This document shows, piece by piece, positions 45,908 to 58,297 of a stretch of 64,000 nucleotides of DNA; the first letter of the stretch is position 1, and each line of letters opens with the position of its first letter. Both the position numbers and the translations under genes were made by a program. The DNA is from Massalongia carnosa. Its lineage: Eukaryota. The notes beneath the pieces were generated by a model. It made no database searches. It was given only the letters and a program-made list of their open reading frames with translations, and was not told the origin of the DNA. The stretch is taken from assembly GCA_965645245.1 (NCBI GenBank), contig OZ287070.1, positions 62,001 through 126,000 on the forward strand, in the 5' to 3' direction.

Positions 45908-48900
45908 TATTGGAATTTGCCGAGATACCTGAATATTTGCGACCGAGGTTCTTTTGCCTCCTGCTTACTAATTTCCAGATTAGGCAATCATATGCTATAT
46001 GCGAAAAGCTTCAGATATCGGCACGACTTCGGCAACTACGAGGAGGCAAAAGTATGCAGCAAGAATGCTACATTTCGGAGGCAATTCAGCTGTTCATGAT
46101 CACTGAGTGTCTCGGTGTCTCCGGTCAGCAACGAGGTGTATTTTGCCCAGCTGAAAAGGTTCAAAGGAAGCAGGTTCATGCATTTGATATAGGCCGAGAT
46201 GGAGGCCCTCAAGCAGTATAAAGAGACGATGATTCCTCATGTAATTTAGCTATTCAGTCGTTCAGAATTCAGTTCAGCAGATAGCTAAATTTGGAGTATC
46301 TTCACTGGAAATACGGAGTACCTGCATCACGTTTGCCAAGCACTTCTCTTTGCCTATCCTTGATAGCCCTAGACCCTCTTCTCCTGCATCCCGCTGCCGT
46401 ATGCCTGGTTGATTTTTTGTTCAACAGGTTATGAGCCCGGATAGCACTCTATTCAAATCCAGGAGTATTTATCACTAGATCTTTTATCTTAGGGGATATA
46501 GCCCGTGTGCTTGTTCGAACTCCTAGCTATCCATTTCGGCACTCGAATAGGACGACTCCTTCACCACCAAAATGTCTGCCTCAGAAGACAGCCAAGATAC
46601 CGGAGGTGCCATGAGGGCATCCACCACCCCCGAGGCAAGCAAGGCCTCCTCATCAAAGGACAAGGGCCTAGCGGCTATGACAGCCATTGATGGGGGATAT
46701 AAAAGGGGTGCCGGTGTGAAAGGTGAAGTAAAACTGCCAAAACTTACTAGCGACAACTACAGGCTGTGGTCCCACCTTTTGAAGGTGCACTTAATTGCCA
46801 AAGGGCTCTGGAAAGTAGTCAGTGGAGAGATACTCGAACCACCAGGAAGCATGCCTTTGGATAGAGACTCGTGGATCTTTGATGACGCCACAGCAATCAC
46901 CATCCTCATGGGAGCCATGGATGAAAGGCAGCAGAAGCATGTGCAACTGCAGCAATCTGCCAAAGGGGTATGGGATGCCCAAAAGGAAATTCACGGCAAA
47001 GACTCCAGGACACGCTTGGTCCCCATGCTCCGCCGATTTCATACGTATAAGGCCAAGGCAGAGGAAGGAGTGGATGAGACTGCAGCAGAGCTAGAAGATA
47101 TGAGGGATATCATCGCAAATATCAACCCAGAGGTGAAGCCATCCGATATCATGATGGCCCTAGTCCTAATGGATTCGGTGGATCACGAGCGGTATAATGC
47201 GGTGAAATTGCAATTAAACGACTTGGAAAACCTCACGTTTCGGAAGGTGATTGAAAAATATAAGGAAATCGAGCAGATGGCCAGAGATAACGCGGGGACC
47301 CCCTATGAAATCGCTAATAAGGTCTCCGCCAAGCCCTATAAGTTTAAGGGGAAATGTTACCACTGCAAGAAACCTGGTCACGTGAAAACCAAGTGTTTTG
47401 AATGGCTTGCCAGTGACGAAGGCAAGGCCTACAATGAAGATACCGCCAGCACGGCCCAATCAAAGGGCAAGAAAGCCAAGGACGGAGGTAAGGGAGAGGA
47501 AAAGTTAAGGGATGGCAGACGTGGCAAGGGCCGAGGAGGTCACCTTGCACGCAAAGCATCCGGCACAAGGGACAGCGACAGTGAGGATAGCGACGACGAG
47601 TCAGTGTACGGTCGCATGGCCATTGACCACGTGGACCAGAGCGACCATGAGGATTACACCGACTACGTCAACAATGGGGCGCGCTATCGCACTTCCCAGA
47701 AGTGCTCCTCCCCTAAGAGTTTTGCTAGAGTGGCAAAACTCACTTCCAAAGTAATACCCCCGAATGAGTGGATTATTGACTCAGGGGCCAGTCGCCATAT
47801 GACGGCCAATCGGAAGCTATTCACAAACTTTACACTGCAGGTAAGTTGGGTGACGATAGCTAATGGGGTAAAGATTAAATCACCTGGTAAAGGTGATGTG
47901 GCTGTGGAGCTGGAGGATAAGAAGTTCAAACTCACAGAAGTGTTATACGTACCTGAGCTGGATGCGAATTTGTTGTCAATTTCGGCATTACAAGCTAGAG
48001 GAATGATTGTGAGGTTTGGATTGAGTTGCGTCGAAATTTTGAGGAGAGGTACCTGCCTCGCCACCGGGTTTTTGGTGGGAAAAACGTACCTGCTCCGATC
48101 CGCAGGAAGCGGAGTGGCCCTGATAGCCACTGAGGATCCCGAGGAAGAAATCCCTATTACTTCTGATCCAAATATCAGCGAAAGATCGTCCGGAAATCAG
48201 AATTTGCCAAGAATGCCAGAAAATGCAAAAGACAACAAAAAAGCAATTAGCACTCGGTCCCAATTAGAAAGAGACCGATACCTACTATGGCATGGCCGCA
48301 TGGGGCACGTGGGAGCATACAGACTCACTGTCCTCCATGAAGCCACTAATGGAGTGGGAGCCAAGTTACATGACCATGAGAAGGAATGCAAATGCATCAC
48401 ATGTACTCAGACGAAAATGACTCGAATAATCAACCGAAACCCACCAGAACGGGCTACCCGCCGTCTGGAACGAGTCTATTCAGACTTTTGGGGTCCATAT
48501 CGGGTGCCCAATAACCAGGGGACCAAGTATTTTGTGTCCTTCACCGACGAAGCCACCGGCTACTCGGATGTTTACCTCGGGGCCAGGAGCGAGCTAGAAA
48601 AGCTCTTTCGGATGTTCAAAAATCGTGCCGAGATCGAGACAGGGGAGCGAATCAGGACCTTGCGATGTGATAACGCTTTGGAGTATGAAAAACTGGCTAG
48701 AACGATATTGCCGGAAGGAATAGTGGTGGAGTTTACCACGGCCTATACCCCTGAGCAGAATGGGGTTGCAGAAAGACTCAATAGAACGCTGATGCAGATG
48801 GTATCAGCGATGCAGATGTGGTCTGGGTTGCCTAGGTCATTTTGGGGGGACGCAGTACTGACTGCCAATTATCTGAAGAATCGGCTTCCGTCGAAGCGGT

Positions 48901-51882
48901 TTGATATGAAGACCCCATATGAGATGTGGCACCAGAAGAAGCCAGAGGTAGGCCATATAAGGACCTATGGATGCCTCGTACACGTGCACGTTCCTAGCGA
49001 AACTCGTGCGAAGATGGATAAGGTATCCCATCAGGGAATTCTCGTTGGATTCCGGTCATCAAGACAGTATAAGGTGCATAATCCTGATACGAAAACAGTG
49101 GGAGTACATACCTCAGTGAAGTTTTTCGAGGATTGGCCAGGAGGCCCTTTACTGAACGCACCAGTGGAACCGGGTGAGTGGGAGTTAGATGTTGCAGATT
49201 CGGACTACGAACCGGATGAGGAACAAGGCGTTCCTACGCACAAACTTACCAACCCTGAGACAGCCTTAGAGTTTCAGGGAACATCAAACCTAGAAAATGA
49301 CGACGCAATAGTTCTAGGCGATAATGTTCCCGGAGAAAGTATTGAGGGTGCAGAGAATCCCTCACTGAATGAAGGCGATATTCCCGGAAATCGCGAAACT
49401 CCGGGAAATCAAGAAGAAGGAAACGAGACCTCGGAAACTGAAATCCGAGCGCCAGAATTCGAAGGTCTGCCGACTACTGGGCGAAATTCGCCAGAGCCAG
49501 CACAGAATTCAAAAAGGGGGCAGAAAGCCACGCTCCCACCGAAAAATCAACAGCTTGTTTCCGCAGCATCTTCCCGGTCAAGACGCACGAAAAAGCCGTA
49601 TGACTCCAAGGCATTTGATAAGTCAAAAGCACCAATGGCTATCGTTTATATAGCTCGATTGCCTGAACCGGCTACCTATAAGGAAGCCATGACTGGACCA
49701 AATCGCCGTGAATGGAGGGGGGCAACGGAAGAAGAGCTGGAAGCGCTGCGGTGGAAACGCACGTTTATCATCGTGCCGAGGCCGAAAAACCGTGAGCTAA
49801 TAACTTCGAAATGGGTGTTCAAAATCAAATACACATCCGCCGCAGTTATTGAGCGGTTCAAGGCCAGACTTTGTGCTAGAGGTTTCAGTCAGAAATATGG
49901 CATTGATTACGAAGAGACATTTGCACCCACCTTAAGGTTCGAATCTCTGAGAATGTTAATGGCAATTACTGCGTTACTGAACCTGGAAGCACATCAAATG
50001 GACGTTTCAAATGCCTATTTAGAAGGTGAGTTGGAAGAAGAAATCTACATGGAAATACCAGAGGGAATGGATGTTCCGAACGGAAAAAATAAGGCCCTTC
50101 TACTGCAAAAAGGTCTTTATGGTCTCAAGCAATCCGGCCGAATCTGGAGCAGAAAGTTCAGAAGGTATCTGAGATCCATTGGATTCGAACCAATCTCAGC
50201 CGACAATTGTGTGTTCATAAACCTCCAAGCCGGCGTCATTATCTCAGTATACGTCGATGATCTTCTCATCTTTGCCGCCAAAATATCCCGCATCAATGCA
50301 GTCAAGGCACAGCTAAAACGGGAGTATAAGATGAAGGATTTGGGAGAGGTGGACCATATCCTGGGAATGCGAGTGCGGAGGAACCGAAAATCTAGAAATC
50401 TAACACTAGATCAGTCAGTATACATCAACAACTTCATTTCGAAATATGGGATGGAAAATGCACACCCAGTTTCAACTCCTATTGATGGATATGCAGCACT
50501 GACTGCCGCCACCCCCACGGAACCCAGGACCGACCAACTGGAGTATCAGAAAAGGATAGGAAGTCTAATGTATGCCATGACAAGTACCAGACCTGACATA
50601 GCCTTTGCAATTGGCAAGTTAAGTCAATTCAGTCACGATCCAGGTGTAAAGCATCGAGTTGCGCTGGATAGAGTAATTAGGTATTTGAAAGGCACTGCAA
50701 GCTTAGGCCTAGTCTATGGCCCTAGCCCGAAAGGCAACACCCCCATAGGGTACGCGGATGCGGCTTATGCCGATTCCTCGGAAAATCGAAAATCCACACA
50801 TGGCATGACTTTGCTTCTTGCAAATTCAGCATGCATCTGGACCAGCAAGAAACAACGCACTGTTTCTACCTCAACCACTGAAGCCGAATACGTTTCGCAA
50901 TGCCAGGCTTCAAAACAGCTCGTTTGGGCAGGTCGCTGGCTACAGCAACTTGGGATTAGAGAGAGAGGAGCCATCGAACTTCGGTGTGATAATCAAGGGG
51001 CCATTGCACTCGTCAGAAACCCCGAAAACCACTCACGTACGAAACACATCGATGTGCAATATCACTACATTCGCGAGGTAGTGGAGGATGGACTTATCCA
51101 AATCAGCTATGTTCCCACCAACGAGATGGCAGCTGATATTCTAACAAAGCCTTTGACCAAGGCGGCTTTTGAACGCGGACGTGCTCTACTAGGTATGAAG
51201 GAAACCTAGAGAGTTAGCGATAGTTTATCGCAACCACATCGGCCCACGAGGGCCCATGGCCTACCTGAGCATCGTGTTCAGATGGGCAGAACGCGGAGGA
51301 TTTCTTTTAATTCGTTTTTGGGCATGCGAGGGTATGAAGCCATTCAGATACTCGGAGTGGGAGTATTGGAATTTGCCGAGATACCTGAATATTTGCGACC
51401 GAGGTTCTTTTGCCTCCTGCTTACTAATTTCCAGATTAGGCAATCATATGCTATATGCGAAAAGCTTCAGATATCGGCACGACTTCGGCAACTACGAGGA
51501 GGCAAAAGTATGCAGCAAGAATGCTACATTTCGGAGGCAATTCAGCTGTTCATGATCACTGAGTGTCTCGGTGTCTCCGGTCAGCAACGAGGTGTATTTT
51601 GCCCAGCTGAAAAGGTTCAAAGGAAGCAGGTTCATGCATTTGATATAGGCCGAGATGGAGGCCCTCAAGCAGTATAAAGAGACGATGATTCCTCATGTAA
51701 TTTAGCTATTCAGTCGTTCAGAATTCAGTTCAGCAGATAGCTAAATTTGGAGTATCTTCACTGGAAATACGGAGTACCTGCATCACGTTTGCCAAGCACT
51801 TCTCTTTGCCTATCCTTGATAGCCCTAGACCCTCTTCTCCTGCATCCCGCTGCCGTATGCCTGGTTGATTTTTTGTTCAACA
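45908..51882 (+). mobile_element. Full-length, very young Copia LTR retrotransposon
   Basis: 519-bp LTRs 45908-46426 and 51364-51882 (no difference seen); TSD AGGTT; PBS at 46427; PPT GGAGTGGGAG. Confidence 0.97.
46572..51209 (+). CDS. gag-pol: Copia gag-pol polyprotein, 1545 aa
   Basis: CYHCKKPGH..C, WIIDSGAS, WHGRMGH, PEQNGVAER, MDVSNAY, YVDD, KHIDVQYH. Confidence 0.97.
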   Translation: MSASEDSQDTGGAMRASTTPEASKASSSKDKGLAAMTAIDGGYKRGAGVKGEVKLPKLTSDNYRLWSHLLKVHLIAKGLWKVVSGEILEPPGSMPLDRDSWIFDDATAITILMGAMDERQQKHVQLQQSAKGVWDAQKEIHGKDSRTRLVPMLRRFHTYKAKAEEGVDETAAELEDMRDIIANINPEVKPSDIMMALVLMDSVDHERYNAVKLQLNDLENLTFRKVIEKYKEIEQMARDNAGTPYEIANKVSAKPYKFKGKCYHCKKPGHVKTKCFEWLASDEGKAYNEDTASTAQSKGKKAKDGGKGEEKLRDGRRGKGRGGHLARKASGTRDSDSEDSDDESVYGRMAIDHVDQSDHEDYTDYVNNGARYRTSQKCSSPKSFARVAKLTSKVIPPNEWIIDSGASRHMTANRKLFTNFTLQVSWVTIANGVKIKSPGKGDVAVELEDKKFKLTEVLYVPELDANLLSISALQARGMIVRFGLSCVEILRRGTCLATGFLVGKTYLLRSAGSGVALIATEDPEEEIPITSDPNISERSSGNQNLPRMPENAKDNKKAISTRSQLERDRYLLWHGRMGHVGAYRLTVLHEATNGVGAKLHDHEKECKCITCTQTKMTRIINRNPPERATRRLERVYSDFWGPYRVPNNQGTKYFVSFTDEATGYSDVYLGARSELEKLFRMFKNRAEIETGERIRTLRCDNALEYEKLARTILPEGIVVEFTTAYTPEQNGVAERLNRTLMQMVSAMQMWSGLPRSFWGDAVLTANYLKNRLPSKRFDMKTPYEMWHQKKPEVGHIRTYGCLVHVHVPSETRAKMDKVSHQGILVGFRSSRQYKVHNPDTKTVGVHTSVKFFEDWPGGPLLNAPVEPGEWELDVADSDYEPDEEQGVPTHKLTNPETALEFQGTSNLENDDAIVLGDNVPGESIEGAENPSLNEGDIPGNRETPGNQEEGNETSETEIRAPEFEGLPTTGRNSPEPAQNSKRGQKATLPPKNQQLVSAASSRSRRTKKPYDSKAFDKSKAPMAIVYIARLPEPATYKEAMTGPNRREWRGATEEELEALRWKRTFIIVPRPKNRELITSKWVFKIKYTSAAVIERFKARLCARGFSQKYGIDYEETFAPTLRFESLRMLMAITALLNLEAHQMDVSNAYLEGELEEEIYMEIPEGMDVPNGKNKALLLQKGLYGLKQSGRIWSRKFRRYLRSIGFEPISADNCVFINLQAGVIISVYVDDLLIFAAKISRINAVKAQLKREYKMKDLGEVDHILGMRVRRNRKSRNLTLDQSVYINNFISKYGMENAHPVSTPIDGYAALTAATPTEPRTDQLEYQKRIGSLMYAMTSTRPDIAFAIGKLSQFSHDPGVKHRVALDRVIRYLKGTASLGLVYGPSPKGNTPIGYADAAYADSSENRKSTHGMTLLLANSACIWTSKKQRTVSTSTTEAEYVSQCQASKQLVWAGRWLQQLGIRERGAIELRCDNQGAIALVRNPENHSRTKHIDVQYHYIREVVEDGLIQISYVPTNEMAADILTKPLTKAAFERGRALLGMKET

Positions 51883-52693
51883 AGGTTAACACCCCAAAGT
51901 AAGCTAACCCGATTGGGTAGTTTATCCATTCCGGAGCTGGAACTTCGAAAAATTCTGTACTCATACCTGCATGCATTTCATAGGGCGTCCTACAATCGCA
52001 ATGCGTTTACAATTGGAAAGAACAACGAAAGGCTTGTTTAAAATAGGAGGGATGGATGGAGAATGATGGACCTAATGCACAGAAAATATGTGGCAGAGTG
52101 CCAGAAGTCTCTGGATAGTACAGAACTTCTATGAATGAAATAATTCAGATTATTGCGACTGATCTCTAAGCTATGCGTAGGAATGATGTTATATACATGT
52201 TGATAACAGAACATTCGAGATTCTCCTCGAACGTCTATAGACCTGAATTTCTAAGCATCGAAGATACCAGAAATCTCAGATGTAACTATTCCCATATCAG
52301 TAAAATACGCGAGGGCATTCGCATATTACGTCAGATATGATCTAGCTGGCTTGGCATTCGCAACAAGGCTGATAACTCTACTCAACGGGGGTTATCAGGG
52401 TTCGAACATGTCGAGGAGATGTTGAATGGACCTCCGAGGCGAGGTCGAGGACGGGGGCGAGGGCGAGGACGGGGCAGAGAGAGGAATTATGAGCAGTCTG
52501 ATGAAAAGTAAAATTCAGGTGTAGGTATAATAGCACGATTGATTGTAATTCTTGAGATTCTAGACTTGAAGAGAATCTTTCGGGCAGGTACGGGCTCACT
52601 ACTCGAGAGTTTCCATTTCCTAGGAATTTCCCTAGTTCTATCATCATCGACGGCTACATCATAATCATTGTCGCAATCGTGATCGAGGACGCG

Positions 52694-53054
52694 ATGAACA
52701 TTCAACTCGAAAACACGTTCGTGATCGCGCACGCGGAGCAGAGAGATCAACTGCTGTACAAGATAGATGACTATCTGATAGGTATAGGAGACGGAGGGGA
52801 ACCGGAGGGAACAGGGATTCTAGAGGAGGTGAAAAATTTTCTCGATAATCAGAGAAGCATCGACAACAACAACGAAAACATACCGAAGCCCATTCACGAC
52901 ACCCTGACTGAAATACAAAGAAGTCTAGCCCGTATCGAAAGTGCTAAGACAGCCACAACAACCACAAATAGCTATTCCGCAGCCGCCACCAGAGGTCAAG
53001 CCTCCGAGGCCCCCCCGATTCCCCGCCGCACCAAGCCAATCACTTCTTCAAAAC
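52694..53054 (+). pseudogene. Probable LINE ORF1 N-terminal fragment cut by the Copia LTR
   Basis: Coiled-coil-like EIQRSLARIE followed by SYSAAA, a pattern typical of fungal LINE ORF1; no RT visible. Confidence 0.4.
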
Positions 53055-56000
53055 TGTTGTAATGTGCAAAGTCACTCGGCTGATGCCTAGTAAAGTGTTC
53101 AGAGTCACATGGTACCGCATTGGGATTAGTGCGCTGGTAAGAACATTAGGCAACACATAACGACCTCGAGAAGCACCGCAAAACTTCTATGAACATTCCC
53201 ATCGAGTCATAAATTGGATATGAGTCAATCACCAATCTTAGATTTCTAGGAAGCAGGAAGGTGAGTCATAGGGAGAACGGTTTTCGGCATGTTTTTCTAT
53301 CTATATAAACACGGTCCTTAGATAGGTAGATAGAAATATCAATCGTTTCAAAAGTGAGCTTTTTACTATGCCAGCAGAGCTTCTATTTTACAATAGGTTA
53401 TGAGCCCGGAAAGCAATTTTTTCTTCCGCATAAATTAATCTATCTATTCTGTTGTTTTTCAAAGTTTCAAAGCCATACTTCTCTTCGTTCCATTCATCAG
53501 TTTTCCTATTATTGGACCATGTCTGGAAAAGAGAGCGATTCCGCAGCTCCCGCGAAAGAGGGCACAACCCCTGATTGATCATATTCAAAAGCCATTCGAA
53601 AAGGAGACTATAAAGTAGAGCCGAAGCTTGGGTCCAACAACTATCTGACCTGGGCCGATGACATGCAACTTCTTCTCAAATCTAAAAGGATGTGGAGGAT
53701 AGTAAACGGGGCCATTTCTTCTCCAGACCCTGTCACCCATCCAAAAGACTATGAGGAATGGTTTACTGATGACACTCAGGCACAGCTCTGGATCAGGGGC
53801 AATATAGAAATGTCTCAATATGTCACTGTTAGGAACAAGGAGACCGCAAAGGATGTTTGGGCAGCATTGAGGAACGTCCATGGAGTCAAAGCCAAAAGCA
53901 GAATATGTGTGCTTCACAGAAAATTCTATACATATGAAATGTCAGTCGATCAACCCATCGATGAGGTCGCCAATGAATTGCAGAACCTTGCGATGGAAAT
54001 CGCAGATATAAAGACTTTAGAACAGCCATCAGATCTGTCTGTGGCCATGACCCTCATGAACGCCATTAAGGACCCAGCTTATGACACCGCGAAGTTCATC
54101 CTTGAAGACCTTGGTGATCCCACATTAGAAAAGACTCTGGAAAGCCTAAAACGGGTGGAGCAACGACTAAAAGATGGGCAAGAGACCGAGACGGCCAATA
54201 AGGCCATTAACAAGGGTAAGGCAATTCCCAAATGCTCACATTGCCCAAAGAGGCATAATAGCAATGATTGCTGGGACTGGCAGGACAACACAGATGAAGG
54301 TAAAAAATAGGTCAAAGAACACCCTAATGAGGTGAAACCTAGACCAGAAAATAACCGAAAATCAAAGAGTGATAACAAGCAGTCCAAAAACAAACCGAGA
54401 GGAAGGGGGGCAGCACGAGCAGCAAAGGATGAATCGAATAGTGATAGTGAGGATAGTGCGTGGATGACGCAAGATGATCAACACTCACCTGGATGGGTAA
54501 TTGACTCAGGAGCCTCCAGGCATATGACGTACAACAAATCGATCTTTACCCAAATCAAGCCATACCGGACCACCATTAGAATTGCAAACGGCGAAAAACT
54601 CTTCTCCGTAGGAGTAGGTACGATTTGCACCAATATCGATGGGAAAAATATCCGGATGACAGACGTTCTATTCGTGCCTGAACTAGACGTCAACTTGCTA
54701 TCAATTGCAGCCCTTAATCGGAAGGGTTTGAACGTTTCATTTAACCGGAGAGGTGTCGAGATTTTCAGGGATGGTACTTCGGTCGCTACCGGAATTCTTA
54801 GGGGACGGGCGTACTTCCTCCACACATCTCATGTAACCCTCGAAGCCCATGATGTAAATGATGATTTAGATGGCCCCGAACCACCGGCAAACCTTAAATC
54901 AACCACATATCTGACCTCGCTTTCCTCCGGCGAAATTCAACCAAAAACTCCTCCTCCTATTACCCCTGACTGCATCGATAGCGATCCAGTGGGAGCACCC
55001 AAAGAGACCACCAATGAAGCCACCAATGAGGCCCAATATTGGTTATGGCACACACGATTGGGGCACCCCAATGATATACGACTTCAACAAGCAATAGGGA
55101 AGAAATTTTCAAAGGCAATTCTGGACCTACCGTGCCAGATTTGCAATTTAACTAAGATGACCCGTACAATCAGCAAAATTCCTTACTCGAAGGCAAATAG
55201 ACCACTCGATAGAATACATACTGACGTTTGGGGTCCATATAAGAAGGCCAGTTTAGGTGGGCATACCTATTTCGTTTCTTTGATAGACGACTATACCCGA
55301 AAATCTTGGCTCTTCTGTATGAAAAGTAGGGCAGACATATACCGCATCATAAAAGACTGGAAGGCAATGGTCGAGTTGGAAAAGGGGCTCAAAATCATTC
55401 GCTTTCGTGCTGATAATGCCAAAGAGTATGAATATCTCGCAGAGCAACTTCAGCCATTAGGAATTCGTATGGAGCCAACCACCGCATACACGCCCCAGCA
55501 GAACGGTGTCGCCGAAAGGTTCAATAGAACTATTGTTCAAATGGTAAGGTCTATGTTGGTATGGGCCAAATTGCCACAATCTTTCTGGGGGGAAGCAGCA
55601 GTAGCAGCAAACCACCTCAGAAACTTCTTACCTCCCACCAACACCACGTCGCCTAATGAGTCTTGGACCGGGCTAAGACCTAACATCAACACTCTTCGTA
55701 CGTTCGGATGCGTCTTTTTTGTGCATGTCCAAAAGGAAAAACGCTCCAAACTAGATAATGTGTCATATCAGGCAATATTCACCGGGTATCATTCAAGCAA
55801 TCAATATAGGGTATACAATGTGGAAACAAAAAAGGTGGAAATTCAGACTTCAATAAAGTTTGATGAAAAAAGACCGGGGGGGTCCTTACTTACAAAAGGC
55901 CTATCATCCCCGTCCGTCGTCCTAAATGACGATGACTCTTCCGATGACGATGAATCGTCACCACTAACCAATCACCCATAACTGATCAAGTGGGAGTTCC

Positions 56001-58297
56001 TACTAATGGTGATCAGCACCAGGGCGATTGTATTCAGCATCAGGATGATGATGCAGGTGCTCAGGATAATCTGCACCAAGATGATGCAGGTGCCCAGCAC
56101 CAAAACAACCAAACTCAGGAGACAAATAGGACCCCTTCTTCATCACCTACCAGACATTCCAACCGCAGGAAAGATGTGTATAACCGATACGAATTCGATA
56201 ACTCTTATGGAAACAAAAAGGACCGGGACCGGGCAAATATAGCAAAACAACCATCCAAAGTGTACGAGCCGCAGTCATATAATCAGGCCATGCAATGCAC
56301 TGACCCGCAGTCATATAATCAGGCCATGCAATGCACTGACCATCGCAAATGGAAAATTGCTATTCAAGACGAATTAAATGCTCTCGCCGCCAATAATACA
56401 TGGAAATATGTTGAAAGACCAGCAGATAAGAAGATCATCACCGCTAGATGGGTCTTCAAAGTGAAATACACCCCTACTAACCATGTTGACCGCTATAAAG
56501 CACGATTAGTAGCAAGGGGCTTCAAACAAATCCCCGGGACAGACTATGGGGACACGTTTTCACCCACCCTAAGGTATGAATCCTTACGAATGCTCCTATA
56601 TTTCGCATGTAAATATAACTTCCATATTGAGCAAATGGACGCACCAAACGCATACTTGCAAAGCTCCCTAGATGACGAAATTTATATGGAGCCTCCCCAA
56701 GGCTTGGTGCTTCCCCCACATCTGACGAACCATGTGTTGCGCGTTCTGAAAGGACTCTATAGTCTCAAACAATCTGGCCGAGGATGGAATAAAAAGATAG
56801 CCAATTATCTAACATCCATTGGTTTCAAAGCGCTCTCAGGAGACAATTGTGTGTTCGTTAATCACACTACCCACGTTATCATTAGCCTTTATGTTGATGA
56901 TTTTCTGATATTTTCCAAAAGCATGACAGCCATAAATGAGCTCAAAAGTCTACTAATAAAGGAATATAATATGAAAGACTTAGGGCCAGCAAAGTTCATC
57001 TTAGGGATTCGCATACGTCGCGAGAAAGACAAAATAATGACTGACCAATCATCTTACGTTCGCAGCGTCCTGCAGAAATATAAGATGGATAAAGCAAATT
57101 CAGTCCTTACCCCTATGATCAACTATGATGCATGCAGTCCTGCCATCGTCAACGAACCTAGGACAAACCAATTAGAATATCAAGAACGGATAGGGAGTTT
57201 GATGTTTTTGATGATCAACACGCGACCAGACATTGCTCAAGCAGTTGGAAAGCTTAGTCAATATATGCACGATCCAGCAATTAGGCACCGAAACGCGGTA
57301 GACCATCTCATAAAATATCTGAATGGGACCACGAATTTGGCACTTACCTACGAACACAATGACACCGGACCCACTAGTTATGCTGATGCAGCGTATGGTG
57401 GTAACCATGATAGAAAATCATCATATGGCCACGTTCTGATGCTAAGAAACGGGGCAGTTATATGGGCCAGTAAGAGGCAACGGTCAGTCGTCACATCCAC
57501 CATGGAAGCAGAGTATTCTTCCATGTGCCAGGCTTCAAAAGATATAGTGTGGGCAACTAGATGGTTCGGAGAGTTGAACTTCTCCAAAGATATGAACCTA
57601 CCAATTATCCTAAATGGCGACAACCAGGGTACGCTCGATTTGATAAAAAACCCTGAGCACCATAGTCGGTCCAAACATATGGATATTCAGCTTCATTATC
57701 TTCGGGAGGTCGTTGAAGACAACTATGCCACTATACAGCACGTATCCACTCACGATATGGTGGCAGATATCTTCACTAAACCACTGGCGGCACCTATCTT
57801 TCGAAAGTTGCGCGAGAAATTAGGCCTAAGAGAGGCATAGGAAGATGGAGGACGCTTCATCATAAGGCCACCTAAATTGACCACATAGGCCACACAAAAT
57901 CAGATTGGAAACCGGCGTTTAGGATATTATTACTCACCTGGCAACTTTGCAGTGGGAGTGTTGTAATGTGCAAAGTCACCCGGCTGATGCCTAGTAAAGT
58001 GTTCAGAGTCACATGGTACCGCATTGGGATTAGTGCGTTGGTAAGAACATTAGGCAACACATAACGACCTCGAGAAGCACCGCAAAACTTCTATGAACAT
58101 TCCCATCGAGTCATAAATTGGATATGAGTCAATCACCAATCTTAGATTTCTAGGAAGCAGGAAGGTGAGTCATAGGGAGAACGGTTTTCGGCATGTTTTT
58201 CTATCTAAATAAACACGGTCCTTAGATAGGTAGATAGAAATATCAATCGTTTCAAAAGTGAGCTTTTTACTATGCCAGCAGAGCTTCAATTACAATA
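53055..58297 (+). mobile_element. Full-length defective Copia element without matching TSD
   Basis: LTRs 53055-53395 and 57959-58297; PBS at 53396; flanks AAAAC versus GCTTT. Confidence 0.94.
53519..57840 (+). pseudogene. gag-pol: Disrupted Copia gag-pol
   Basis: Stops at 53576 and 54308, frame change near 55980; WVIDSGAS, WHTRLGH, YVDD, KHMDI; 36-bp duplication 56269-56340. Confidence 0.93.

Noticed and set aside
45910..46221. ORF duplicated at 51282-51677
   Set aside because: Lies within the two LTR copies; no protein features.
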